A DNA stretch of 52,018 nt, the filler included, from Catajapyx aquilonaris (Eukaryota), in the NCBI GenBank assembly GCA_000934665.2. It is 3 parts of 3 records of this genome, joined end to end, with 100 filler letters (N's around TTAATTAATTAA, not from the genome) between each part and the next. Parts side by side here need not be neighbours in the genome. Positions count along the whole stretch, not along the records: positions 1 to 17,268 come from JYFJ02006988.1; positions 17,369 to 34,636 come from JYFJ02006989.1; 1 more part is not named here. The stretch is one strand, 5' to 3'. The translations under genes and the position numbers were made by a program. Position 1 is the stretch's first letter. The number at the start of each line of letters is the position of its first letter. The notes below the pieces were generated by a model. The model was not told the origin of the DNA and searched no databases. It saw nothing but the letters and a program-made list of their open reading frames with translations. Shown piece by piece: positions 9,544-20,922 of this stretch.

Positions 9544-10865
9544 TCATAAAACCTCGCGATATACAACATTCTGTGTAAAAACTCTGTTGTTGGAGAGCAA
9601 TGTTCCTTGTTGAGCAGTAGGAGTAGTGAATACTTTGACCTGACTTGGGTTGCGAGACCGGGACAGTGCCACATACAGCTGTCCATGTGAGAAGACAGGT
9701 TCATCCAGGTAAATGCCCACGTGCTCAAAAGTCTGGCCCTGCGACTTGTTGATCGTCATGGCATAAGCTACAATGATACGAAACTGGCGGCGTTTGAGAA
9801 CAAAAGGCATATTGATGTCACTGGGAGCTAAGGTAATTCGGGGCAAGAAAACGACATGACCGCGATTGCAATCCGACACTATTTCGGCAGCAATGAAATT
9901 AGCATGGAGCCCAGTGACCAATAGGCGACTGCCGTTGCAGAGGCCTTGTTTGGGATCGAGATTTCTTAGCAACATCACCACCACTCCTTGTTTCAGCAAC
10001 AACTTATGCGGCGGCATGCCTGAGGGAGTGAGTTCATGCAAAAACTGTGGTGGAAAATTGAGGACGTCGTGTGGATCCTCGGAAACGACTGAAGGACCTT
10101 TTAACGCTACGTCATCACAACAAAGGCGGCCATCTTGTTGGTTGGGTAAAACCCCTATCCCACCCATGTTGTTGGGAGGGTTTTTGAGGTCTGCCGGGGT
10201 TTGTGAGCTCTGCTGTGGCCCGTGGTTGGCCCATGGCCTACCTGCGGGGCTCCCCGACATGGCCCGCCTTTTGGAACCACTGCCGCACTACGCGAAAAGT
10301 CTTACTACGGGAGAAACAAAGAGGCGAAGCGATACGATACTCGATGCGATACTCTCGCGGGTAAATGGCTCGCTCCAGCTCGTGTAGTTGGCAGTGTTTG
10401 TGCCGGTGTGTGAGGTTCGCCGGGGTTAATTAGTCACACTGCAACTTCCAGCAGGGAAATAAACACGGGAAATGGTCACTTTGTGCAAAGTGTGAGCTCC
10501 GCAAATCCGTCAATGTTTGGTGGGTTACCAACTTTTCTCGACCTTCTCCACTCTTCTGACGGCGGCCAACAATCTATCCCTCCTCTCCACATCAATTTGG
10601 AACCGAAAAAAAGCCCGGTGTGGCTTACTTACTCGAGATATTGTTGAAGAAATAACCCGCTCAGCATGCCGCCATTGCTGGTTCTGCCCAACCAACATGG
10701 CCGCCGCGAAAAAAAAAGGTAAACAAATACGTCACGGCTAAAAGGTCCATAGACAACATACTGTGAAGGGAGTTTGTCAATAATGGATAGATTCATTTCA
10801 AGAGTCTTTTTGTTGGTAGGAGCTAGAATTACTCCCTTAGCAAGGTCTGCGACAGGAATGTTGGA
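9544..10865 (-). pseudogene. Helitron RepHel C-terminal PIF1-family helicase fragment, interrupted by an insertion at 10094-10748
   Basis: VILAPTNKKTLEMNLSIIDKLPSQYVVY (10865-10749), then FLHELTPSGMPPHKLLLKQGVVVMLLRNLDPKQGLCNGSRL..RRQFRIIVAYAMTINKSQGQTF..VFSHGQLYVALSRS..TQNVVYREVL*. Confidence 0.93.
10094..10748. mobile_element. Non-autonomous DNA transposon inserted in the Helitron helicase (PIF/Harbinger-ISL2EU-like ends, tentative)
   Basis: Termini ggaccttttaacgctacgtc / acgtcacggctaaaaggtcc, with subterminal gcggccatcttg / caacatggccgc; it splits two colinear helicase segments. Confidence 0.75.
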
Positions 10866-12381
10866 GTGAGAAGTGAGCCACTGACCCACCCCACCCAACC
10901 TACAACCCGCCGCGCCGCCCCCTACCCCCGGCCTGATGATTTAGTGCCGTGATGAGAAGGTGGCATTACGACGCCTAAGAATTATATAGTAGACAATATA
11001 ATTCTTAGGCGTCGATTACTCACCCGGGGCCTGTATTGGCGGGAAAGGAAATAGGTGGCAGTTAGGACTTTTGGCTGGAAGGGGAAAAGGCGGCCAGATG
11101 AATTAGTGCCGTGACTTAGTGCCGTGACTTAGTCGTGACTTAGTGCCGTGATTAGTGTCGGATCCGTGAAGTGGCATGGACGCCAAAGATCACGTGACCT
11201 TTACGGCCTCTACCTGATTCTATCTCGTTGGGCGGACGGTAAAATTATTTAGTGCGGCAGGTGGCGGAAGATGGCAGCAGTCACAGTCACGACAGTTTCT
11301 AAGCGCTTTCCGCCAAGACCGGTAGGTGGCGTAGGTGGCAATACTGGGGACGGGCCATTACGTCAGAGTGACGTCAAGTGTTCCAGACAAGGCGTTTATT
11401 ATGGGGAATTTTAGATTGGCGATCTGTACATATTTTTTGCAGGTGATCCTTTGCAGTTATGCAGATGCATTGCTTGTTAACATATGACATTTATGTGGTC
11501 TGTACTTGGTCGACTTTTGGGATGTGTGATGTTAACAGTACCTTCCTCAAACACATTTGGTTGATTTCCCTTTCTTCTTCTTGGCACTTACAGCCATTTT
11601 GACTTAAGCCATTCAACTGATAATAAATAGAAGTGAGAAAGCAAAAATGTGATCTCCTCAGCAGTCCATGAAAGCTGGTAGGGCTGTGCAGGGAGGTGCA
11701 GGCAATAAAAGATGATGAGCGAAGAGTTTTGGCCACAAAATTCACAGCAACGCTCACCCGCTCAGTGACGATGGGCTTCCCTGTATATCGTCTAGCCGGC
11801 CGGTGCACACGCGCTGGCCGTGGCCGCGTACAGCTGCTGGGTAGATCGTAGATGCTCGCAGCTAGACGGGCTACTTGAGCTGGGTTGTTCTGTCCGCGAA
11901 CAAAAGGACCACCAAACCTGACCAAAGAGCAGGACGACCGAGCTCGAGCTGGGCCTAGCCGCATCCCGCATCCGGTAGGCCAACGCCAAAGGCCAGGAAG
12001 CGCAATACTCGATGCGCGGAGAAAGTGTTGTCGTCACGAGCCTGTGTGACGTAACGTAGACCACCTCTTGTTTTGCTCCCAACGCAAAGCTAATGGAATC
12101 ACGTCTACAGACGGGAAATGTGGCGCTTTACGGCCCTATGTATGACTACGGATTTATCGCATATTTTTTAATGTGAACCTATGGCGATCAGGAATTGGGC
12201 AAACTACTTTTCGTTTGTTATACTATGAAATAAACAATTTTAAATTATAATAAAAGCAACCCCCCCCCCCCCATCGATTGCCTTGGTGCATTCAATGATA
12301 TATTCAATGCATTCAATGATGGAATTCATGACTTATCGACAGGCAAATATCATGCTACCATTTTAATATTGTATTATACAC

Positions 12382-12716
12382 TGTACTCCAGATTATCCGG
12401 GCTAATGACTGCACGGGTGTTGCGCTGTTGCCGGATAATCGGAAAATAGTCATACACACCGAAAAATTCAGCTATTCACAGGTTTTTAATGTGCTACTGT
12501 TCGTCATAGTGTATGCTGTTTTAAATCAGGTTTAATCAAAATAATGAAACTTAACATACAGTATTCGTATGTTTTAAATTTGTCCTAGAAAAAGTCGTAT
12601 AGGATATTTCTCAGTTTGCGAGACATATTGACATTGTCTGAGACTTTTCTTTTTCATTTCATTTTTTGGCAATGCACGAATAGTCCGCACCTGGATAATC
12701 GGTAGGCTATTACAGT
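12382..12716. mobile_element. Degenerate Tigger/pogo-like MITE
   Basis: Inverted ends tccagattatccgg / ctggataatcgg, an internal ccggataatcgg, and TA-rich flanks. Confidence 0.4.
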
Positions 12717-12773
12717 GTATATACTGTATATGTTACATATACCGGTAATAATAATATTTATATACGTTACAGC

Positions 12774-12829
12774 CAGGGATGGAAAAAGAACCGCTTCCTT
12801 GGAAGGAAGCGGTTATTTTCCCATCCCTG
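12774..12829. mobile_element. 56-bp hAT-type micro-MITE
   Basis: TIR cagggatggaaaaagaaccgcttcc / ggaagcggttattttcccatccctg; exact 8-bp TSD gttacagc (12766-12773, 12830-12837). Confidence 0.88.
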
Positions 12830-13156
12830 GTTACAGCATATGCATACTGGCATTTAGTTTGATGAATTTTTAAGAGCATTTGCCGCGATCAGGAAAATTA
12901 GCTACGAAAGCATGCTGTGCAAAATAGGGGACAAATTGCTCCCAGCTCTTCGAAAATAGCACTTTCTCACACTTTCTATCGGTAGTGCGGTATAAAAGTC
13001 AAGTGTAAGTTATTGAAAGGAGCCGAAAAGAAGCAGTGACGAGTAGCCTATATGTGTGCATGTTGATGTAGGGTGGGCCTTTGACAGGATAAATGCAGTC
13101 AATTAAATCCACCCTTTTTGCCAAATATAATGTCAGTACTTATTTTGCCGTTGTAC

Positions 13157-13304
13157 CAAGGGGGTAATCACTCGACTGAAAAGTGTACACTGGAGTACCA
13201 AATTCAAGGAGTACCACAGAGTAATAAAGAGTGAGGTGCCTGAGGAGTACCAGGGAGTACCACTCCCAGATGTACACCGGAGTACCGAAGTGATTACCCC
13301 CTTG
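13157..13304. mobile_element. MITE, same family as 2408-2539
   Basis: TIR caagggggtaatcactcg / cgaagtgattacccccttg; exact 8-bp TSD cgttgtac (13149-13156, 13305-13312). Confidence 0.92.
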
Positions 13305-13388
13305 CGTTGTACCCTCTCGCAAATGACGCTAAATATTTCTTAAAGGTGCGAACAAAAAGCAGAAGTAAATTATTTACTTCTGCTTTTG

Positions 13389-13457
13389 CCTCTGGTGACG
13401 TGGCGTCACTATGGCCACAAATAATTTGTGGCCATAGTGACGCCACGTCACCAGAGG
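13389..13457. repeat. Perfect 69-bp inverted repeat (34-bp arms, 1-nt centre)
   Basis: cctctggtgacgtggcgtcactatggccacaaat-a-atttgtggccatagtgacgccacgtcaccagagg. Confidence 0.95.
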
Positions 13458-15685
13458 ACGAACTATTTGCACGTCAACAGCCAAAGGCTATAACAAGTTC
13501 ACTAGGAATTTCATCCCAAACCTTATAGCTAAAATCCATTCAGCTACCATTGTTATTGGTGCTCGTCTTAAACATCCTGTCTTGATTAGTTCAGTTTCTC
13601 AGGAGAGCAGCAAACGTATGTTTTGAAAATGAAATAAAACGATCTTATTATGTATGGAAGAAAGCTCTGCACATGATTCTACGACTTTATGAAGATGGTG
13701 AAGGAATGGGCCGTAACTTGTATGCTCAGTGTTGCATGGTGATTCCGTGAGCAGGAAGCCCAGCGCAATAAGAACTTGGCGGAAAGTGTTGGAAGGAAAA
13801 TATTCTCACACCCAAAAGAACGCCCTTTGCATTACATTTCCGGACAAGAACATTTGAACCGCATCCAGAACCGTCGGTTAAAACAACAAAAACGAGAACT
13901 CGATCAAAACACACCAGAAAGTGGCTGCCGTCTAGAAGTCCGCGTGATTCCTCCCAGCCCTTTTGAACTGCCGCGACTGCCGGCGTACTAGCTGCGTCAT
14001 CCGCGGGGGAGCCAATCACAGAACAGAATGAGGATTGCTCTTCCTCTTGAGGTTGGCTCGGGTTGGCCCTATATTAGTTGCTAGTTCCGGCCGCCTTCCG
14101 ATGAATAGAGAGGGGGTCACCAGTCGATCACGATGCGAGCCATCTCGCGGCAGGACCGGTATTACGGCAAGGCAACCATGCAACTACAGACTACAGGCAA
14201 GTTGCCTATAGGGCGGCAGATTCGAAGGGACGGCAAATGAAGGATTTAACGGAAAATTAAACAAAATTTAAAATTATTCTAGAAAAAAATCTTTCTGTCG
14301 CTGACGCCATGGACATTTGGCTATCCTATTTACATCCTATGGATATCCAAATATCCAGCGGATATTCAGTGGATATGTGGATATATCCACGGGATCTTCC
14401 AGGGCGATTCGTGCTACTGAAATTTAGCCATGGTCCATCATTTTCCATCGTATCTGGTTACTGTCCTTGGCTTTCACTTGATTTCGTGTTCTTCATCTCC
14501 TTTAACTATGAGTAGGGTAAACCATGCAGTGATGATGGCCAGTTTAGTGTATTGGTCTCACAACCAAAGTGACTTTTCTTACCCTCCTGATTTATTTTTT
14601 TTGTATTTTCTAATTCTGCTTGGCCTATAATTGGGAACACCGTAGAAGTGGCTGACACCTGGCGGCTGTCTCGGAAGCTCATTAATTGCGAACAAGGGGG
14701 GTTGCTCTCCGAGTCCTGCCATGCGTGGTAACGAGGAAAAAGGAGTAAAGTGGTGACAAGTAACAAATTATGTTTCGTGGTGGGATGAAACTCGTAGTTC
14801 TTATGTATCAGTAGCCTACCACTCATAAAGAATGGTACGACTCGATATGGACGAAATGTTTAGCCTGTTCCCAACCCCTGGGTCTCCTGCATGCTTATAA
14901 AGTGTCGCAAGGAAGTCTGGGAAAGGGGAATCAAAATAAAGTAAAAAGATAAGAAAAAAAAAACAAGTCAAAGTGGGAAAATTTTAGGGAGAAAATTCAC
15001 ATCAAATCTACGTAAAGCATTGTATAGTGTGGAAAACCAAACGACGATCTTACGTCATCGTTTCTTACATTGCTGCTTTTTTGTTGACACTGTTTACTCA
15101 TATTGTTTTGTCTTCTGTGATGGTATTTCCATGGAAACCTTGAAGTCAGATCGTTGTTTAGTTTTCCGCACTATACCTGGTTGAACATTTTGGTAATTAA
15201 AATTTTTATTTAAAATTCGGGATGGGTCATACCAAGAGCTGGTCATACGAGTAACCAGAGGTCCAGAAAAGGTTGTCCTTAGGGTCACGTCGAAATAAGG
15301 TAGGGAAAACTGCTGGGCATTGTGGATGAACATTTCGTCCATATATAGAGTCATGCCATTCTTTATGAGCGGGACTGCTATTTGTGGACGTCGCGACGTC
15401 CATAAGTATCAGTCGTTGCGTCGTCCAGAGACAAAGCCCCACTTTTTACCGAGAAATTCGCTATTAAATTCCCCCGCAGAATTTATTACTCGTAGGAATA
15501 TTTATTTTACTTATGGACATTGTCGGGACAATCGACATCTCCTCTCAACGTTGCTGACACTGTCACCCTTTTCCGAATCCTAGTTTGGCCGTAATTAATT
15601 CCCAAAGATCACCCTGCATTTTGAACCCATATGGTTACAGTCAGCCAGGCATCTCTCGTCCAGAGATTTGCAGGGATATTCCCTA

Positions 15686-16385
15686 CCGTATTTAGGGCCG
15701 GTTTCACCGAGCTCAGTATATGATAAAACCAGGGTTCTTTCTCAAAATCCCTATCTATTTGTATGGGATTTTCCTAAAGAAACCTGGCTTTATCATATAC
15801 CAAGCTCGGTGAAACCGGCCCTTACTCGCATATAAGACGCACACGCGTATAAGACGCACCCCGGTTTTGAGGCGAAAAATCGTGGAAAATCGGTTGTTGA
15901 CTCATATAAGACGCACCCAGATTTATTGCCGTAGTTTGGGAACTGGCCTCGAGCTGCCGGCAGCAACCTCGTGTGCAATGCATGTGCAATGCATGTGCGT
16001 GTGGAATCCATTAGAATCCAGTAAAAAGTGGGGGCAAGTGGAAAATGGGACAATGCTACGCATCTGAAACGTATAGGTGGCAAGGTCACACCGGAATTGT
16101 GCACGTGTGTGGACGGGGGGAGCATATCTATGGAAGTGAAGGAGAAACGCAGGTCGTACCGTGCCGATTTCAAGAGGAAAGTGATCAACTGTGCTGACAG
16201 GACATCAAACCGACACGCTTAAATTTTTCAATAAATGATTTTCACGATTTCTCACGGGTTTCACCCGTTGTGCCCTGTCGTATAAGACGCACACGCGTAT
16301 AAGACGCACACGCGTATAAGACGCACCCTACTTTTTGAGCTACAAAAATCGGAAAAAAGTGCGTCTTATATGCGAGTAAATACGG
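15686..16385 (+). mobile_element. Internally deleted pogo-family (POGK-like) DNA transposon
   Basis: TIR ccgtatt(ta)ctcgcatataagacgca / tgcgtcttatatgcgagtaaatacgg with TA flanks and subterminal gtataagacgcac repeats. It retains the transposase start MEVKEKRRSYRADFKRKVINCADRTSNRHA (16130-16222), a Brinker-type DNA-binding domain start. Confidence 0.88.
15695..15821. mobile_element. PIF/Harbinger-like MITE nested in the pogo left TIR
   Basis: TIR gggccggtttcaccgagct / agctcggtgaaaccggccc; TTA duplicated at 15692-15694 and 15822-15824. Confidence 0.9.
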
Positions 16386-17268
16386 TATTTAATTCTTCCG
16401 TAAAATAACCCGTGGGCATTTATAGCAAATACGGTCGTCGTCAGAACATTTGAAATCTCCTCTCAACGACGACGGCACTGTCACACATACAACCCTAGTT
16501 TTGCCGCAATTAATTCCCAAAGGTCACTCTGCATTCTGGACCCAGACGGTTACAGTCAAGTCAAGCAGATCTCTCTTGTCCAGTGGTTTTTGTCGAGATA
16601 TTAGCTATTTAATTCCCCCGTAAATTGGCCGCCCGGTATGAGGTATGTAATATAATACTAAATTGGACGTCGTCGGGACAGTCGAAATCTCCTCTCGACG
16701 ACGGGAGCATTGTCACCCTCCTCCGATCTCTAGTTTGGATGCAATTAATTCCCAAAGGCACCCCACTTTTTGCCGAGATATTTCATATTTAATGCCCCCG
16801 TAAAATAACCCGTGGATATATATTTATTTGCGGACGTCGTCGGAACAATCGACATCTCCTCTAGACGACGCGACGGAGGCACTGTCACCCTCCTCCAACC
16901 TCTAGATTGGCCGCAATTAATTCCCAAATGTCACCATGCACGTCTGGACCCACTCCCCTATACAGCCTAGCCGCTCTCCCAGCTATTTGCGTAGGTACCT
17001 GCTCGGCTACCTCTCTGCATCGGCCCGGGGCCTGCCCCACCGGCCCACCCTGGGCACATGTGTACCCCTCCCTGCCCCCACATAGCGTGTGCTCAGCCCT
17101 GTCTAGTGTCGACTGCTCTCCCTGCCTCATGCCAAGCTCATCATGCCCTGACCACGGACGCCCTGACTGCTCAACAGAGTTGCCAGATCGTGAGATCGAG
17201 TAAATGGTACCAACCCTCGAAATAAATGGTACTTTTCCGGAAAAGATGGTACATTTCAAAAATGGCGT

Positions 17269-17368
17269 NNNNNNNNNNNNNNNNNNNNNNNNNNNNNNNN
17301 NNNNNNNNNNNNTTAATTAATTAANNNNNNNNNNNNNNNNNNNNNNNNNNNNNNNNNNNNNNNNNNNN
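17269..17368. other. Artificial contig spacer (44 N + TTAATTAATTAA + 44 N)
   Basis: Exactly 100 bp with a six-frame stop linker; identical structure at 34637-34736. Confidence 0.97.
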
Positions 17369-20300
17369 TGGGGTGGAAAAGCAGCTTTTATGACTAGAGA
17401 AGATCATAGGATTTCTGCCCTTCTGGATTATTTGAGAGTCAGCCAGTAGTAGTAGAAAGGGATGCAAATCAAAGCTCCAGTTGCTGTAATCACAGAAGAT
17501 ATTTCGCCACTTTGTACCCCCCTCTCCCTTAATGGCTGGTTATTGCCGGCTTTTGCAATACGGTTTTCACTCAGCAGTAGTTTCTGAAGCGAAAATTAGC
17601 ATTCGCCCGATTCGATTGCCTCGAAAAGGCACCGGGACTCACATAATGCAATTTTGCGAAACTGAAGCACCGCAAATTTATTATAGGCATGCCTGTAATA
17701 ACTGGAGGGCTGGGAAAAGCAATATATGAACGGATCAAAGTCAACTTGAATTATTCACTTATTGCGGATTCATTTGCTTCTATGACGCTGCAAAATTGAT
17801 ATTATTTGCAGCTGTACATCACTTCAGACATTTTCATACTACAAAATAATAACGAACGTTGGGAAATATTTGATCCGATATGCTGAATCCCAGTTCCTTT
17901 CAAACTTCTTTTCAGTCTCGGGACAATCGAGTCTTATTCGAGCACCAATATAATGCGGATGTCTCTCTCTCTCTACTTCCTCCCAGCATCCCCATCACCT
18001 ACTCGACATTCTGCAGGCAAAGCCTCTCGTTTGAAATGCAGATCGGGCAGAGTCGTTGGCAGTGTTGAGAGGAACTGATGAGTTGGGATGGGATTCCAAT
18101 CCTGTTGACGTTTCGTCTCCTACACATCGAAGCGACATCCCGAAATTAAATATTTACAGTGCAGATTGTGTCTTTGTATATTTCTCGACATTTCCTGCAC
18201 AGTTTTTGTTTGCGAAATGCTATACGAGTATATAGTCTGGGACGCTGCCTTGACCTGGAGGGCAATTAATTATGGTGCTTCTCTCTCGACTTCTCCGGAG
18301 GTTGTCCATGCAAATCCGGACTCCTCCTCTTGTTCGCAAAGAGACGTAAACTAAGCTCGTCTTGCAAGCCCAGCATATTAGACGCCCACTGGCTAATTAA
18401 ATAGCGGGCCTTGAACACCAAAGGTTTGCTCTAATGGGATATTAGGAAGGATTGGATTTCCCGGAATGGAAGTTCATCTGCCTGCTCATAGTCTCCGCTT
18501 CCTCTTCTTCCTCTTATACGATACCTTCAATTTCTTACCCCCCCTCCACCATCATGCCACCAGATCTGGATCATTAAAATTCGCGGAATTGTTTTAACTG
18601 CAAAACTTATCCCTAATGAGTACGACTGCTGCTCGAGGAAAACTTGTCGTTTTATCCGATTAAAATGCTGACTGACGTAACCGGATCGTTATATTTTTTT
18701 TGGTTCTCTACGAGAGGCGACGCTCTCTAATTGTCAAAAAAATATTACGCAAACTCCATCCTCGTTATGCACACTTTTGATGGGAAAATATTTACCTGAC
18801 AACATTACGTAACCCGCTGTTAAATAATTTCCATATTCTGTACAAACTTTTGAAAATAAAATACGATATTAATCCTTGTTATTGTTACTTGAAGTTAGCC
18901 ATTTTCCGCTCTAAGCTGCTTGATTTAGAATATTTACTGTGGTAAAAAAAAATCACACTGTTTTATTATTAACAGCGCGAGAAAGTTTCAAGGACACTAT
19001 AGTTTGCTAACATGGCCTGCAGTGTATTAAACAATGTAGAAGTTAAGGTTATTGAGATAACTTGTTGACATACCCTGCAATGTATATACACTGTGGAAAG
19101 TTTTGGAATTTTGCATTAATTATGTTGTTAATGTTGAATGAATGGGCTGTTGGGCCTTATATGGGCATGGTCGGTCCAATAAATTCTGAATAAGTGTGGA
19201 AAGTTTTAGAAGAGTTTGTTGACAGCCCTTGGACACTGTAAAAAATATGCATAAATTTTCTCCCGCATTATTATCATTTGCAGAAAAATAATAATCCACA
19301 ACAATGTGCGAGGAAAGGTGTATTTTTAAGTGAAAAAGCAAGCGACTAATATTATGGTGACTACACATGGCCGAGTGCCTCCCGACACAGGTAATTAGCA
19401 GGCTTCCTGCCCTTGATCGGATGAGAGGAATGGGATTTGGGGGGAAAGAGCAACAACATCCAGGAGAGGAAATGAAGCTTGGCAAATCCTTTTTTCCTCC
19501 TCCTGTACCATCAGTGAGAGGAATTGCGTATGCGGACGACGTCGTTCTCTTCCGGGAGATACGTCAAATGGAATGAAAAAGGCAGCGTTGAACCGGAAAC
19601 AAAAATGCCTGGCACCACATCCTCTCGATCGTTCCCTTCGGCCCCTCAAATTTCGGCCTTTTTCCCACCGAATTATGGCGGAATTCCCGATGAGATGGTG
19701 ACTAAACTCATGAGCCTCTAGGGACACATCCCACTTCCCTGCCTCCAAACTTGGAAAAAAAAGAGAGAGAGAGAGAACCTTTTCCAATAGTTTTTCCCTC
19801 CCTGAGTCAGATAGCAATACACACCAATGGTCATGTTGTTATGTAATAATGTGATGTAATAACAACTAGGGCCTAGGTGTCGAAATAACAATGTAATTGT
19901 GACGCAACATGCTGTGATTCAGTTGTCAATAATTATAATTATTGTAAACTGGCCATGACAGAAGGGCACTTTTGACGTATATTATGATACGCCGATTTAA
20001 TTTACTTGTGCCAGGTACAGGTCGGATCAATGCGATACATACTCCAAGATTTTCGTGTCAATCATATCCCGAAATTGTCCGCGTGTAAATTATTTCTGAG
20101 AAAAACTGCAAGTGTAAATGAATTTATGACTAACGACGTAATGAGAAGATTACAAAATAGCGCAATTGTAGAAATTTGCTATTAAAAAGCGTGCATATCT
20201 TACAGAAAAAGGCTGTAAGATCATGTAAGGTGCAAAATGCGCAATCGATTCAACGTAAAACCATATTGCGTCATAGATGTTGCCTTGCACTTATATCCAG

Positions 20301-20875
20301 CAAAATTAATCTGTTTGGCTACCCATACAAAAAAATGTGTTAAATAAATTTTTTTCTACATCTTCTTACTGCTTACTATAAACAATTGTGACGTAAGTAA
20401 ACCGATGGTTGTTACATTGGTGAAGAAATAGATCTGTACATGACGCCATACAGGAAATTACAAAAAAAAGTAGACCTTATTTCCTCAACTGATTGTGCCA
20501 TCTGAGTCTGTTGGCGTAATAATTAAGCAGTCAGTTATCATTAGTATTTTACTCAGGACGATTCTACCCATGATGGAACCTACCACATCCAGTGAATCGT
20601 ACGCGTCACACGATACCAAACTACAGAAGAGGACCAAAAGTAATCATCCGACTGGCAAGCCACTGGAAGAGGACAAATTATATCGCGGACAAGAGTTTAT
20701 CAACGACCCATTGCTGGGTTTATTCATACCACATGTCTACTTGTTCTCCTGGCAAAATCCTTTCAATCACTGGTTGGCCCGCTTAGGCAAGAAGAGAACA
20801 TCCAAACAGCTGTAGCACAGGTATGATGGGAAGATGTTTATTGCAGCCTATGCGACAATTAGAGCATGAAACGAT

Positions 20876-20922
20876 GTTGGATGTACAGGTGTTGCAATTA
20901 TTGCAACACCTGTACATCCAAC
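20876..20922. repeat. Perfect 47-bp inverted repeat (23-bp arms)
   Basis: gttggatgtacaggtgttgcaat-t-attgcaacacctgtacatccaac. Confidence 0.93.

Larger units (their letters stand above)
9337..10993 (-). mobile_element. Non-autonomous Helitron carrying a PIF1-like helicase remnant
   Basis: Minus strand begins TCTACTATATAATT at 10993; ends with hairpin GCCAAATTTTGGC (9351-9363), then CTAG (9340-9337), then T; helicase coding inside. Confidence 0.85.
15437..16952. repeat. Degenerate tandem repeat (~170-240-bp units, about 4 copies) interrupted by nested MITEs
   Basis: Recurrent ggacgtcgtcgggacaatcgacatctcctctc..cactgtcacc..ctagtttggccgcaattaattcccaaa at ~15516, 16430, 16665 and 16831. Confidence 0.8.

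Noticed and set aside
11103..11158. ttagtgccgtgac repeats as a CRISPR-like array
   Set aside because: Direct tandem copies without unique spacers, in eukaryotic DNA with no cas genes.
17313..17324. TTAATTAATTAA as a biological motif
   Set aside because: Centred in a fixed-length N spacer and repeated at 34681; an assembly linker.
19518..19552. GIAYADDVVLF resembling the RT YADD motif
   Set aside because: No other RT motifs in the flanks and the frame stops soon after; chance or an unrecognisably small fragment.
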